From: Chlorokybus atmophyticus | Taxonomy: Eukaryota > Plantae > Mesostigma and Chlorokybus algae | Direction: 5' to 3' | Assembly: GCA_009103225.1 (NCBI GenBank) | Contig: RHPI01001037.1 | Location: 186,001 to 250,000, forward strand | Length of the DNA: 64,000 nucleotides | Shown: in pieces, positions 36,270 through 48,610 of the stretch | How the letters are laid out: the number at the start of each line of letters is the position of its first letter | How positions within the stretch are numbered: position 1 is the stretch's first letter | The notes under the pieces: generated by a model | What the model was told of the DNA's origin: nothing | The model's database searches: none | What the model saw: the letters and a program-made list of their open reading frames with translations, nothing else | Position numbers and translations under genes: made by a program

Positions 36270-38261
36270 ATGGGCCCTTTTTTGACTACAGTTGTGCCAA
36301 AACAGACAGCGGTGGATCTGTTCACGGATGATGAAGCGGAAGGCCTTGCGGACACCGCTTTTCACCCTTCTGGCAAGCAAGCTGCAACAAGCTACAGCAA
36401 CGGCGCAATCAAGGTGCGGTGGCTTCTGCCAACAAGCGCTTGACATGCACAGAACGAGCATGTCAAGCGCTTCCAAGTGACGCCAATTTAACACAATTGC
36501 ATCTGTGGCCAAAGCCGGGGATGATTTTCGACGAACGATGGCGATCTAGATTGCAACATATGACAGTCTAGACTTGAGCGCAACTGCAAGCTGACCCGTT
36601 GGCTTATGCCTGTTGGTGTCCCTTACTGTACGGAGCATGCGATGAGGGACTGCCACCTTTCATGTGCACCGCAGGTTTGGGAACAGGATGAGAGCAGCAC
36701 TGAGTCGTCGTGGCACTGTGCAGCGCAGTGGCAGGTACTGTGCCTGAGGTGCAGCAGAAATACATAAGGAAGCCATAGTAGCCACACATTGCATGCGTTT
36801 GTTGGCAACACGTTCTTAAAGGCGCGTATGCTTGATTAGCCTCGCTTCTTTGAGTAAACATTGGTCGTGATTGCAGGAGGAAAGGGGTGAGATTGTGCGT
36901 CTCACCTGGTGCCCACCAGCATATGGACATGCATTGGTAATGTGTGTTGTCGATGGCTCTGTGGTTATCCGGGCCGACTCAGCATTGCGAGGTCAGGCAT
37001 CATCCTGCATAAGCATATGCATGTCCAGCTGTCCATGCTGAGCAACTGGTGTTGGCAGAGCCCGAGTCGTTAGGCGATGAGATGATGGAGGATGACCCAC
37101 AACATCACTGGAAGCTGATCGCAGTGCTGCAGGATAGCCGCAAGGCTGTGGTGGATGCAGCATTTGCCCCCGCACAGCTAGGCTGTTGGCTGGTGAGAGA
37201 GTGCAGTGTTGAAATCTATGTCATATAAAGCTGCATGCTGGTGTGTGGCTGAGGTGTCTACCACTACTACGCAGGCAACTGCTTCATCAGATGGTTGGGT
37301 GCGGGTTTACAAGCCCACGGATGTGCTTGACATTCAGAAGTGGCGGTTGCAGGTTTGGCTGCTCTTGTGAGGCCAGTCAATTTTATGTACATGTTAGCGT
37401 GCATGTGAGCTTGTATGGTTAAGGAGTCAAATGCTTGTCCTCTGTGTGGTCTCAGCAACAATTTGAGGCTTGTCCAAGTGGCAGCTGCACCAGTCTGAGT
37501 TGGAGACCCACGCTAACGCCAGGGCTGCCTCCCATGCTTGCAGTGGGGTGCTCAGATGGCACAGCGACAGTAAGCGCATGCTTCCTGCACATGTCCTGTA
37601 CCCAAGCTTCAAAGTAGTGATTGTGGTTTCGCGCAGATGTGGGGTTTTAAAGCGCCGCTGGGCCGGTGGTTGCTGCTAACAACCTTGACGGGCCATCCAG
37701 CACAGGTCACCAGCATTTCCTGGGCTCCAAACATGGGCAGGTTGGTCTCAATGATGCATGTATGCAGTACTGCATCATTGCTTGGCGATGCTGAGCATCT
37801 CATGCAGCAATCAATGCAGTTGCGTGCACCTCGAGCTTGCCGGTGCATGATAGCCTTGGACGGTACGTTCCAACCAGTACTTGCTGTTGACAGGTCATTA
37901 GAGCTGATTGCCGTGGCATCAGGTGAATCAGTCCACCTTTGGCAAGTGCAACTAGACCGACGTACGCTCACAGAGGCCAAGCTGCATGTCACTGCTAAAC
38001 ATGAACAGATCGCAGTGTTTGACGACCACCACAGTAAGGTGAGGTGCTTCTGCGCACTTTGATGATGTTAATTGGGTTGATCCTGATGGAGAGAGGTTTT
38101 GTGATTAGGTATGGAAGGTGGAGTGGAACTTTGTTGGTAACACCCTCGCTTCTTCTGGAGAAGACGGCCAGATCCGGCTGTGGGTTGCAAACGTGCTTGG
38201 GGAGTGGGGCCCTCTCGCAACTCTGACGGCCCAAGCGCGCGCACACACAGAAGCGCCCTAA
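36270..38261 (+). CDS. SEH1: WD40 nucleoporin Seh1
   Basis: IVRLTWCPPAYG; DGWVRVYKPTDVLDIQKWRLQ; VTSISWAPNMGR|SLELIAVASG; VWKVEWNFVGNTLASSGEDGQIRLW; TAA at 38259-38261. Start codon tentative. Confidence 0.85.
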
Positions 38262-38851
38262 AACAAACACAGTGTACCTGTACCATATAACACTGTTGCT
38301 TGGCAAATCAGTATTGTCCAACAGTTGCTGCTTGACGCTGCTGGTAGCTGGAAGAACGCTGACAATGATGTGAGCCCAGTTGAGCAACGGTGCACTTGCG
38401 GCTTGTGTTTGTAATCCATGCCAAGTGCGGTGAGCATTGCTTCAACATCAGCACTGTCAATGAGGTTGAAAGGGAAACTACTCTAGCGTCTTCATCTGTG
38501 ACCACTTGGCAACATACATCCTCGCCATCCCTAGGGCACCTCGTGCCTAGATCCTGAGAAGCCAATTGCAGAGCAGTGCTGATGCACTCACCCCGGCGCG
38601 CAAGACAGTGGACTCTGCAAGTACCGCGCGCACGCATGCGGACACAATCTCAGGCGCAGATTATCTATGTACTAACAACTAAGCTCAACGTGTTGAGTAC
38701 ACAAAAATTGACACTATGACAATGTACTGCAAGAGATTTTTACTTATCTCCACTATCAACGTGCCAGTGTTGCAACTCCTTTTCATGCCTGGCACAACCG
38801 TCTCAAGTGTTTACGACACCCAGTTCGCAACTGGATGTGCACGCCCACTAC

Positions 38852-41800
38852 TCAGCTGACCGTGAAGCTTGCTGCTGTATTGCTGCCACCGACCCTCACG
38901 AAGAAGGTGCCCGGTTCCAAGACAACAGTGTTGGTATCCGGATTGTAATAGCTCATGTCGGCAAAGAAGAGGGTGAATGAAACAGATATGATTTTGCCGG
39001 CAGTGACATCCGCCAGCCTGCTGAAGCGGCGCAGCATGCTGACCTCGGGTGTGACAGCCGAGCGCGTGCCCTGATTAATGTACAATAGCACCACAAATGA
39101 GCCTGTGCGCGTGCCAGTGTTCTTCACTGTGAAGCTCACTGTCACAGTGCCTCCCACATTAATTGCGGTGGGCGTCACAACAGGGTTGGACACAACCCAA
39201 GTGGTGTAACTGAGGCCAGTGCCAAACGCGAACTCAACCTGCGCGCAAATGAACACAAATATAAGCACTTCATGACGTATGTTACACTCGCATGATTGCC
39301 ATTTCGTGGCCCTAGAGCACTTACAGGGCAGTTGGCCAGCGCTCCAGTTGGACCCGGCACACATGTGTTCTCGTAGACCTTGTGGTAGTAGGGCACAGCA
39401 ACTTCCACGCTGTTCCTCGGGTAAGTGTATGGCAGGCGACCGCTTGGGTTGATGATGCCATACAGCACTTCAGCGATGGCTTCACCACCATCCGGCCCAG
39501 GAACACCAGCCTGCACATACCATGGAGTTAAGCACCACGCAAGCTGCAATTGAGATCTTGCACGCAATGGTGATGCTTCAACCCACCTGCAAAACTGCCA
39601 AAGCGCCATCCGTCTGTCCGGCAGTGAGTCGAGGACGGCCTTCGATCAGAACAACCGCCACTGGCTTGCCTGTGGCAATCATTGAAGCCACCAGCTGCAG
39701 CTGACCGTCAGGCAGTTCCAGGGCATTGATGTTTCCTGCAGTACCCCATATGAGAGATAGCTCTCTCATAACTACAACTCAGATTAATATCATGTCAAAG
39801 TGCTCACACCTCCTATTTCAAAGTACGGGGCCTCTCCCAAGCAAACAATGATCGCTGCTGCGCTAGAAGCTGCAGCATTGGCACCTGTGTAGTTACCAAC
39901 AAGTCAACGTGTCAGGACTGCAATAGAAGTGATCCAGACATTGCCACAGACAAGCATGAACTGACGCGCAATGTGAACATTCTCAGCTTACCGGCAATGT
40001 CAAGGTTGGACCCGTCTATGGCGCAGCCCTGCTGGTATTTGACATTGGCTGCACCGCCAAGGGCAGCCATTGCTTGAAAGATTGTCGAACCATAAGTGAA
40101 GCTTGACTCGGAGGGTGCGCCCGTGGCGCTGAAAGTCCAAGGCCCAGATTGATACGTGAGGCTGTTGCCGGTGGGCCCGACTACAAGCACCTTTGTGGCC
40201 AAAGCTAGAGGCAGCATGGGCTTGGTTGTGCCAGAGACCACATTGTTTCTGAGCAGGACAATAGACTGGCGAACAGCGTCGAGCACTGTCTTGCGGTCCG
40301 CACCACTGCCGACACTGTTGATCTGTGTATGCAATGAGTAGTTGCTGGGCCACTGGTCAACAAGTTTAATGAGGTTGCAAGTACAACAGTGGTATGTACC
40401 TGCGCGGCAGAAGGTGTAGGCAAACCAGTGCCAGTAAGGAGCCCCAGATTCTTCTTCAGCTGCAGTATGCGACCAACGGAGGTGTCGATTCTAGACTGTG
40501 GAACAACACCTGCCGCGATTAGGTCCAAAATGTAGCCACCAACGGTGCGATCGCTCCCCACCACCATCATGTCAACGGTGGAGGACTGCAGAACCAATGA
40601 TTGTTCATTGTTAACATATACCTTAAACACTGGACTGCACACGCATGCCTAGCAGTGTGTGTCGCAACAAGGTTGTCATAGCTCATAAGGCTTGCCAAGC
40701 TCCTACCTGCATGGTGAGGCGTGCAGCGTCCGATGCATTTGCAGCAACCTTGTGAAAGCGAATAAAGTATGAGTTCGCCTCAGCATACTCAGCTATGACA
40801 GGCCCATTGAACTTCAGCTGGTTTCGCAGAATCTGCAGCACAGACACGCTGTTATATGAGGGCACTAGTCATATGAAAAGTGCTGATTACGGCTGCAGCA
40901 ACCAGGTAATGCAGCAAGGGTGCTCACGTTTGTAGTATACTGCTTGGAGAGTGTCACTGGCTGGCCATTGATCTCACTATAACCCAACTCAACGGCGCCA
41001 GCACCTGAGAAATTGGCAACATCATGTTACTTATGCTGGCGTAGTAGTGTGACATGCACCTGAAAGACAACTTACCCGCACTGATGGCAGCAGAGTACGG
41101 TGGGACATGATACTGCTGCAGGGTCTGCATGGGCAGCATGGCAGGCCAGCGGTCATGCCCAGCCTTTGCTGCACCTCCACCTAACGAGTTGCAAGTGGCA
41201 TTTGTTGATGAAGCACGAGAGCAACACTTGTGTGCACAATAGGCTGCTTGTGAGAACAAGATGGCTTACCTATCCAGTGTGCAACTGTGGCTCCATTGGA
41301 AGTCGCGGCAGTGAGAGAGGCTCCCTTCGCCCCCGTGACAAACGCCCTTGCCATCTCTCCAGTAAGGTACGGATCCTCACCAAACGTGTGTTGGAAGCGC
41401 GCCCACCCAGGGTGGACGGCAATTGTGCAAGTCGGAGCGATCATCCACTTGATGTAGGACGCGCCGTGGTCCTTTGCCACCATCTGGCCATTGAGGTTGC
41501 TCACGGTTACGTTGAAGGTCGCAGCGATGTTTGTCTGCATGGGCCAGAGGGTGGCGTCTACAACACCGTTGGCCCCGTGAAGGGCATCATAGAAGAACAA
41601 CACAGGCGTCTTGGACTCCACTGAGGTGGCGACACTCTGCAAATTTTGGAGCAGGTAACGCCATGCCGCACTGGTTGGCCAGCCCGTGTTGGCAACATCT
41701 GATCAATGACAACATGCGCACATTTAGCATAAAACCCGCTGTTGAGATGTGTGCTGCTTGTTCACGCTGTGTTGTGCTTACTCGGTGCTCCAAAGAAGCC

Positions 41801-42679
41801 GCCAATGCAGTACGGCTGCGAGAGCAAGATGGTGGCTGCTGTGGCGTTGAACTCGAAGCCTCGTGGCGAAGCCGCGTCGTTGTAAATGACTGCGTCAACG
41901 TTCAGTAGAATCATCTGACCAACTTTTTGGCACGGTGTCATGCTTGCAACGGTGGCCATCACGTCCGAATCAAAAGGGTTCGCAGGGTCCCCGGGCGACT
42001 GATCCTGAAGCATCCGCCTTGGTATGGGAGCGGCTGGCATCTGCCAAACAATCATGCACAGCACATCAGTGTTCTGGGCATTGCATCCCGTACACGCACT
42101 CTATGCCAACCTGACAGGCCCTATACATGTGTATACTCATGGTCAAGTGTGCTGACCTCAACAGAAGTGTGCTGCAGGTCGCGACCGAGGTGGACTCCGA
42201 TCATGAAGACACCCCATAGCAGCAGCAAGGGCGCTCCCGCTAACACACTGGTGGGGACCCGCCATTGGAAACGCGCTGGCGCGAACCTTGAGCGCCCGGA
42301 GTCTATAAATCCACGAGCGGCACAATTAGCCAATGACGTACCTATGGCTTCGCTACAGCTGCAAGCCCTACACATGCAACTGCCTTTGGCAGCTGTTTGA
42401 CATGCAACACTGCAAAGGGCACTCTCTCAAGCTTGTCTACCACTTGTAGTTGTAGGTAACCGCTACCACAGCTGACCTGGGCGACAGTTTGCTACTGCAG
42501 GTTCCCATCCAATGCTTGCCTGAGTGGTGACTGTGCTTGTGATCGCTGCTCTTGTGGTTTGTCACGCTGTGAGGCTCAACAACCAACATATCGACTTGCG
42601 CTTCACCAGGCCCATAGCTGCCGATGGTCTTTGATCTCAAGAACCGCGCGCGTGGACTGTTGGTCGCGAGCTCCGCCAT
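38852..42679 (-). CDS. Glycoside hydrolase family 3 (beta-glucosidase-like), membrane-anchored, with Fn3-like C-terminal domain
   Basis: QKVGQM; YDALHGAN; TFGEDPY; SIVLLRN..LPL; VLVVGP; LIEGRP; PSGRLPYTYP; FAFGTGLSYT; Fn3-like VSFTVKNTGTRTG...LRRFSR. TM segment VLAGAPLLLLWGVFMIGVHLG. Confidence 0.9.
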
Positions 42680-45390
42680 CTTTGGCCAAGTAGAACTTGA
42701 CGCGAGAGAAGCTTACTGTGTTAACAACAAAGCGCTACCATCTGCAAAGCAACCCCCGAAAGCGCTTGTCAACTCACAGCGGACAAAAAGACAGTCATAA
42801 CATGCAGCAGAGCGACCATGCAAGAGCGGAACATATCGCGTTAGCCCTCATGAATGGATGCTGCTTTTGAGGCCTTTCACTGAAAAATGGTTTGGATCAA
42901 TACATACGCACAGCAGTGGCAAGATGGACGAGAGACACCGGCACATGCTGCGATATTAAAGTGTGCTTCGGCTCATACTGACTTCAACAACCCATGAACC
43001 CATGGGTGGATGCCAAAGACTGTCAGAGCATGCTGATACTGTGCATTTTGCTGGGCGTGTTGATGTGACATGCGGTGTGCTTACTTGAGGCCAAGACTGC
43101 AGTACAGCAGCGCTGCACTTTCATTCGCTTCAATGCCATAGAGTAGATTGTGAGGAGTAAGCATTCTTTACGGGCAGTTCGCCCACACAATTGGAACATT
43201 TGAAACGTTGACTTTCAGCGTATATGCAGTGCGGGCTGAAATGAGCTAATCAACTTGCCAAGCGACATGTACACCCTTTACAATGTTACGCAAGTAAACG
43301 CATACAAGATATGAGCAAAAGCAAGACGTACAGCTCAGTGGCACAGCACAACCAGCTGCATTGGCCTCACACAACAAGTCTCCTAAACCAGCATGCGTGC
43401 TCCTACCACTAGATTTTCTTGGCAAGCGGAAAGGGCTGGTCACCTGAACCAGCTGAATGCCTCACCCATGCCTGGCGCCTATGTCCGCCGCCGCCGCCAC
43501 CACCGCCGCTGCCGCCGTGGGAGGAATACACGGCGCAGCAAAGAACTTAGCCAGTGCGGTCAGCAAACCGGTTAGTCAAACCGCCGTTACTACATGACAA
43601 ACGGCCGAAATAGGATGCAGCAGAGTTCGCAGTCTAGCGTTGTCAATTTGACTACCCGAAGAGATGATTCCCTGGTCAGCCCGTGGTCAAGTTCGACAGG
43701 GACCCGGTCAACCGTGCCTCGACATTACATTTTCAATGTCCCGATATCCGTCCCCTTCACGCCGCTTTTGCGCCGACCGGTCGTCCTCGCCGTCCAATGA
43801 GCGTGGCTCAGGGTTGCACCTGAAATGATTGCCGTCACGACCCGGCAGCCATTTGGGGTCAGCGTGCTATTCGATGGAGTCGTACCGTTCACACGTGCAC
43901 GTGCGAGCGCTCGTTGCATACCAGGCATCCGTTAACAGCATTGCGTCCATCAGTGGCGCAAACCTACGGGTGCCAAGCAATATTCTGACCAATGGGCCAT
44001 TAGCAATGACTCTGAAGCCAATTTGGTTCTTTTTCAGGATGAGAAAATAATGCGGCAACTCTCATTTCTACTGATTGGCTTGAAGTCTTGAGAACCACGA
44101 TCTGTCTCATTTGTTGCAACTTTTCGTGCTTAAAGCACACTGTCGCGTGGCTCAAACAGTTTTCACTAGCGTGCGGAGTCAATAAGGTTACAACAAAATA
44201 TAGCATATTGTGCCACACAATACTTCGGTTGAGAAGTGATTTGCACGAACCCACAAACTTTAGATTAACGCGCACTTTGAGTGTAACAGTTACAGTCAAT
44301 AGGTTTTTGGAGATATAATAATGGCCCTCGATTGAGGTAGCGTGTTGTTTGAGATATGAAAGTCACCTCAATTACAACATACATGTTTACATGTTCACAG
44401 CCCACGAACCTTGTGTGCATAGCCACATCTCAGATGTGACATGTGTAACTAGTGGTGCGGCTGTTTGGTTGGGCCGGCCTGCATTAAGAACTTACACATC
44501 AGGGCCGTGGAAGGCCGTGAGTGGCACCCGCGACTGTCAGACAGCCCCTCGCGACTGCCGGGCTGAGGCTGCCTCTTCTTAGCTGGGCGGCGACAATTAG
44601 CCCAAAGCCATTGGATGTACATTAGTTACATCTTGCCCGTCCAAAGCACACCCCCACGTTATGCAATTGCTTAAAATATATGCGAATGAATGACAACATT
44701 GAGCGCATTATGTAACAACAATAAATGCTGCTGAAATGCTGGATGTGGCAGTATATTGACAGATATTGCCGTATGTGCATGCACATGAGGACAGTTCTCC
44801 TTGACCTAAGCACTTTGGTTGAAACTAATGCGATCGGTCGATTCTTACGCAACCGATCTAGCAGTGCATATTTTAGCATACTCGTAGTATTTCATAAACA
44901 ATGACTAGTTGCTGTAATATCGCTAAACACGGTGTGTACACGGATTTATTGAGCACAATACAATAACGTAACAACTGTGAGTTCTGATGTGAAGTCGATA
45001 AATTGTGTTTGCTTTGTGTTTGCTCTATTTATCTGGTACTATATACAAGTTGCCGCACCGTTACGTTGCAGTGCGTCAATTTGATTACCATGTAAGTCAG
45101 GCGGTGACATCGTTAAAAACGCATTTGCTCATTACGACGTAATAAGCCGGAAGCATCTTTTACCGCCTCGGTGACGGCGAATGAGAAACAACCGCTTTAG
45201 TGTCAAGCGCATTCTCGGCACAGCGCAACAGTTTGCCATTGGTACGAGGTTGAACGGCCCAAGAAGCTTTGAACCCATCCTACTAACAGCAATCGCACTA
45301 TGTCCGTTACAAAGCGATTTCGTAAGCATATTTTAACCGATTTTGTTTGGACGACAGACAATGCATCGCTCGAACAAGTGTCTTTGAATA

Positions 45391-46337
45391 CTGTATTTCG
45401 TCGAATGCAACCCCCCCTTCCAAACAAAGCCCCCCGTTACTATAATTTAGGAGGGGGGGTTGTATAAGAGGGGGTCCATTGTACTAGGGGGGAGTATCTA
45501 TGCGCTGCGTCGCGTCAATTACACGACGTAATGTAACCCGGCGCCGTATTTGACACCTACCCGCAGCAGTCATGAAAAACGGCGCAATAGTCTGCAGTCA
45601 AAACGCCAATGGGCCTTCCCCCTGCCAAAGCTTATGCCGGCTCGGTCAGCGCTAAGAATGGTGGAATGGCCGTTAGGTTGCGGTGGTCGCAAGTGGACGA
45701 GTATGAATGTGTTGCCGTACTGCGGTTGTCGACGTTGATGTGGGTATAAGACATGATGGTTCCGACGGCAATGCAGCGCTGTGGATCAGTGTCGGTTGAG
45801 CGCGTTGTTCGGTCTGTACCACGCTGTCACCAGCTATTGTATATATATAGCGTGACAGATGCAAATTGTACGATGTTTACCGTATTTCATAACGGTTGCT
45901 GCTAAGTTACTATCGTTAGAACATCGGTCACGGTACTAATAGCGCCGACCATCAGCACTAACTTCGCACTGATCAGGGCTGCGGTCAGCCAAGGTTTTGC
46001 CGCATTTTGCGGCCTACGTCGCCATGCCTCATCGCGACCGTTTGCTTCAATCATAAACAATCGGGCATAATCCATCCTCTCATTGGCGTCTTTACTGCTA
46101 GCGGCGGCGGCGGCAGTGGCGCCCACGGCCGTGTCAAAGCCGCGGTAATGAGCATATTTTAGCCTTATAATGTATATAAAGTGTTGGATATTGCAATGTT
46201 TCCACCCATTTATACACCCCCCCACACCCCTGGGAATGTATTGGGGTAGGGGGTGTTCTATGACAAACAAAGCCCCCCTCTGGTATTTCAAGGAAGGGGT
46301 GTTGTAAAGGAGGGGGGTTGTATTCGACGAATTACCA
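45391..46337. mobile_element. Non-autonomous TIR DNA transposon (MITE-like; TA target suggests Tc1/mariner-pogo superfamily)
   Basis: 26-bp terminal inverted repeats, 22/26 identical (CTGTATTTCGTCGAATGCAACCCCCC vs TGGTAATTCGTCGAATACAACCCCCC). TA flanks both ends (45389-45390, 46338-46339). Subterminal CAAACAAAGCCCCCC occurs near both ends. No intact transposase. Confidence 0.62.
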
Positions 46338-46499
46338 TAGTGCGTGCCATAAGCAAAATGTACTTGGGTTGGTCGTGAGTAAGTGATTAACAACGGCAAC
46401 ATTCGTGTGCATGTGCACATGCATGTTAAATCATTTAATTGTGCCTAATGCCAACAAGTTGTTGGGACATGTTTCCATTCACTACTCATTGTTCCCCAC

Positions 46500-47760
46500 A
46501 TAACTATAGTGGGCGCGCCGCTCACTATCGGCATCCCCATAGTGATCCCGATAGGGATAGGGATAGGAATAGAGATAGGGAGCCCTAGCGTTATCCCTAT
46601 AGGGACCGAGTCACGCGTCTCGTTGACGCGGCCGTCACGTGAGATGGCGTTAGATCTGACGGCCGGGCAAGCACCATGAGTTGGGTGGCAATCCGACGGT
46701 CTAAACAGCCCCAGACCAGAGGTGCGGTGGTGAGTGTGAGCACATGCGTGGGGAGTTGTAACTTCCACACAACCATGTGACTTAAAGGTTTGACAATGAA
46801 GACACATTGTCAATGAAACAATATGCCCATGTGAGGGCATGTGTGGTGAGTTTATTGCCACACGTTGTTGGCGTGTGTGGTTCAAACGTGGCATCATAAA
46901 GCTGTAGCTCTCTTGGCCAAAAGTAAAAGTGGTAGTGTGTACATTAATTACAAGTCAATTGATGCATTGCCCTTTGACCAAGGCTTATATATGAGTGAGC
47001 AAGTGCTCACTAGTAGGAGGGCAAGCTAAGAAGCAAGCTTGCGGCATTCAAGCTATAGTGTAAGTGCATAGGCTGACCATGTATAGCTGATGCAATTGCA
47101 CACCACAAGCATGCACAGTCAAACGGCAGCACAAGGACAAGCAGCACAGCACAATGATAAACAATGGTAGGGGCAGCTAGAGTAGACCAGGTGCATGCGC
47201 CGAGCTGAGTGCATGCGTGTGTGTGCTTGTGCATAGGAGCAAGTGCGTTTTCGAAAACGCTCTACAAGTGGAATGTTTGAGTAGATCATTGAAGGAGGTG
47301 CCAAGCCAAGAAGAAATAGGCTATAAGAGTGCAACTAGGTGATTGGTATATTTGTTGATGTGGTTTATGTTACTAACATCGAGTTGATGTTGTTTTTGTT
47401 GAGTCACTAGTAGTCTTGCACAAGTTGAGAATAACTTGTTTGTGAGCAAGTGTCTTTTTGGTGTTAAAGTGTTGTACGAGAGCAACATGCAAGAGAGCAC
47501 ACATAGTGATATTTAAGTCAAGTGTTACTTATCCAGAGCTAGTGCGTAAGTGCACAAGTGTGCAACAGTGACAAGTCGAAGTGTGTCTTAGCAAGAGTGC
47601 TACACATGTGAGCAAACACATAGGTATTGCACAAGGCAAGAGTGACTTGTGTGTGCGTTGTGTCATAGCAAGAGTGCTATACACAAGTGCATTGCGAGTA
47701 CATTGTCGTCACTCAAGTGTGGTATAAGCATATTTAGCTTGGGCCGGCATCATGTCATAT
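46500..47760. repeat. Degenerate repetitive tract, probably transposon-derived
   Basis: GGGATA-type hexamer repeats near 46550-46580, several short hairpins near 46790-46880, and recurring (G)AGCAAG(A/T)GTG-like motifs over 46995-47700. No credible ORF. Confidence 0.4.
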
Positions 47761-48610
47761 GTGTCGGACACGCCTTGGGGATTCTTATGTGTGATTAATA
47801 AACTTGTTGTTGACGTATACATAATCCATCAGTAACTTGATATCACATGATTGATGGAGCGTGCAGCTCCCTTAATCACTTGCCGCACGCTCCATGTCAT
47901 GTACATGAATATGGGAAAGTATCAATGGCATGTGGCTCTTTTTATCGCATCGACGTTTGCTTCCACCATAGCATAGTGGTTGAGGCACCGGTGTCACACT
48001 CCAATTTACGTTGTATATGGAGCCACTTTGAAGAGAAAGCAAGGTGCGTATACTATAGTAAAATTGCTGTCGCCAACTTGAAGCCTTTGATTTCCAATGT
48101 GCATGGCATGCACATTCATGCGGATGCATGATAATTCAGCTGATTATGCTTGATCAATATAGTCTTTGCTCATGTGCCACACGTCAAACATGTGTGGCAG
48201 ACAATCTCAATAAGAACTGCCCAATGTAGCATTCCTCTAACCGGAACCTTGCCTCAGCGTGCGTGCTGCACTTGACAAGTTGAGTGCCTACAGCGTGTCC
48301 CGCATAGCAAACACTGCGTATGCAAGGACTATTGCATCTCTCTGGTAAGACATGACCAAAACTATGACAACAACTACAACATACAATAGCTGTGCAGCAT
48401 TATGGTACAATCTACACCTACCGACATTCGTACTGTAGCACGCTCACGCTTACACATGTACACAGTGGTGCCCTTAGGGCTATTGTCGAGTATCCCATAC
48501 TGATAACTAACCTCCCTATACAAGTCGTCCCTATTTGCGAAGTGCCTGTATTCCTCAAGAACTTCCACACGTCTGCCAACTACATACTCGTAATGGTTGT
48601 AAGGATACAT

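Noticed and set aside
43481-44050. Gene start MSAAAATTAAAAVGG followed by a possible Helitron or DDE transposase remnant
   Set aside because: Downstream frames contain several stops, and the resemblance (CQFDYP, QWR-AN) is too weak to call without a profile search.
44460-44620. HDV-like ribozyme (CAG CCCCTCGCGA CTG CCGGGCT resembles P3-L3-P1)
   Set aside because: P1 has a mismatch and lies far upstream, and I could not build P1.1, P2 or J4/2. An RNArobo or Infernal HDV search would be needed.
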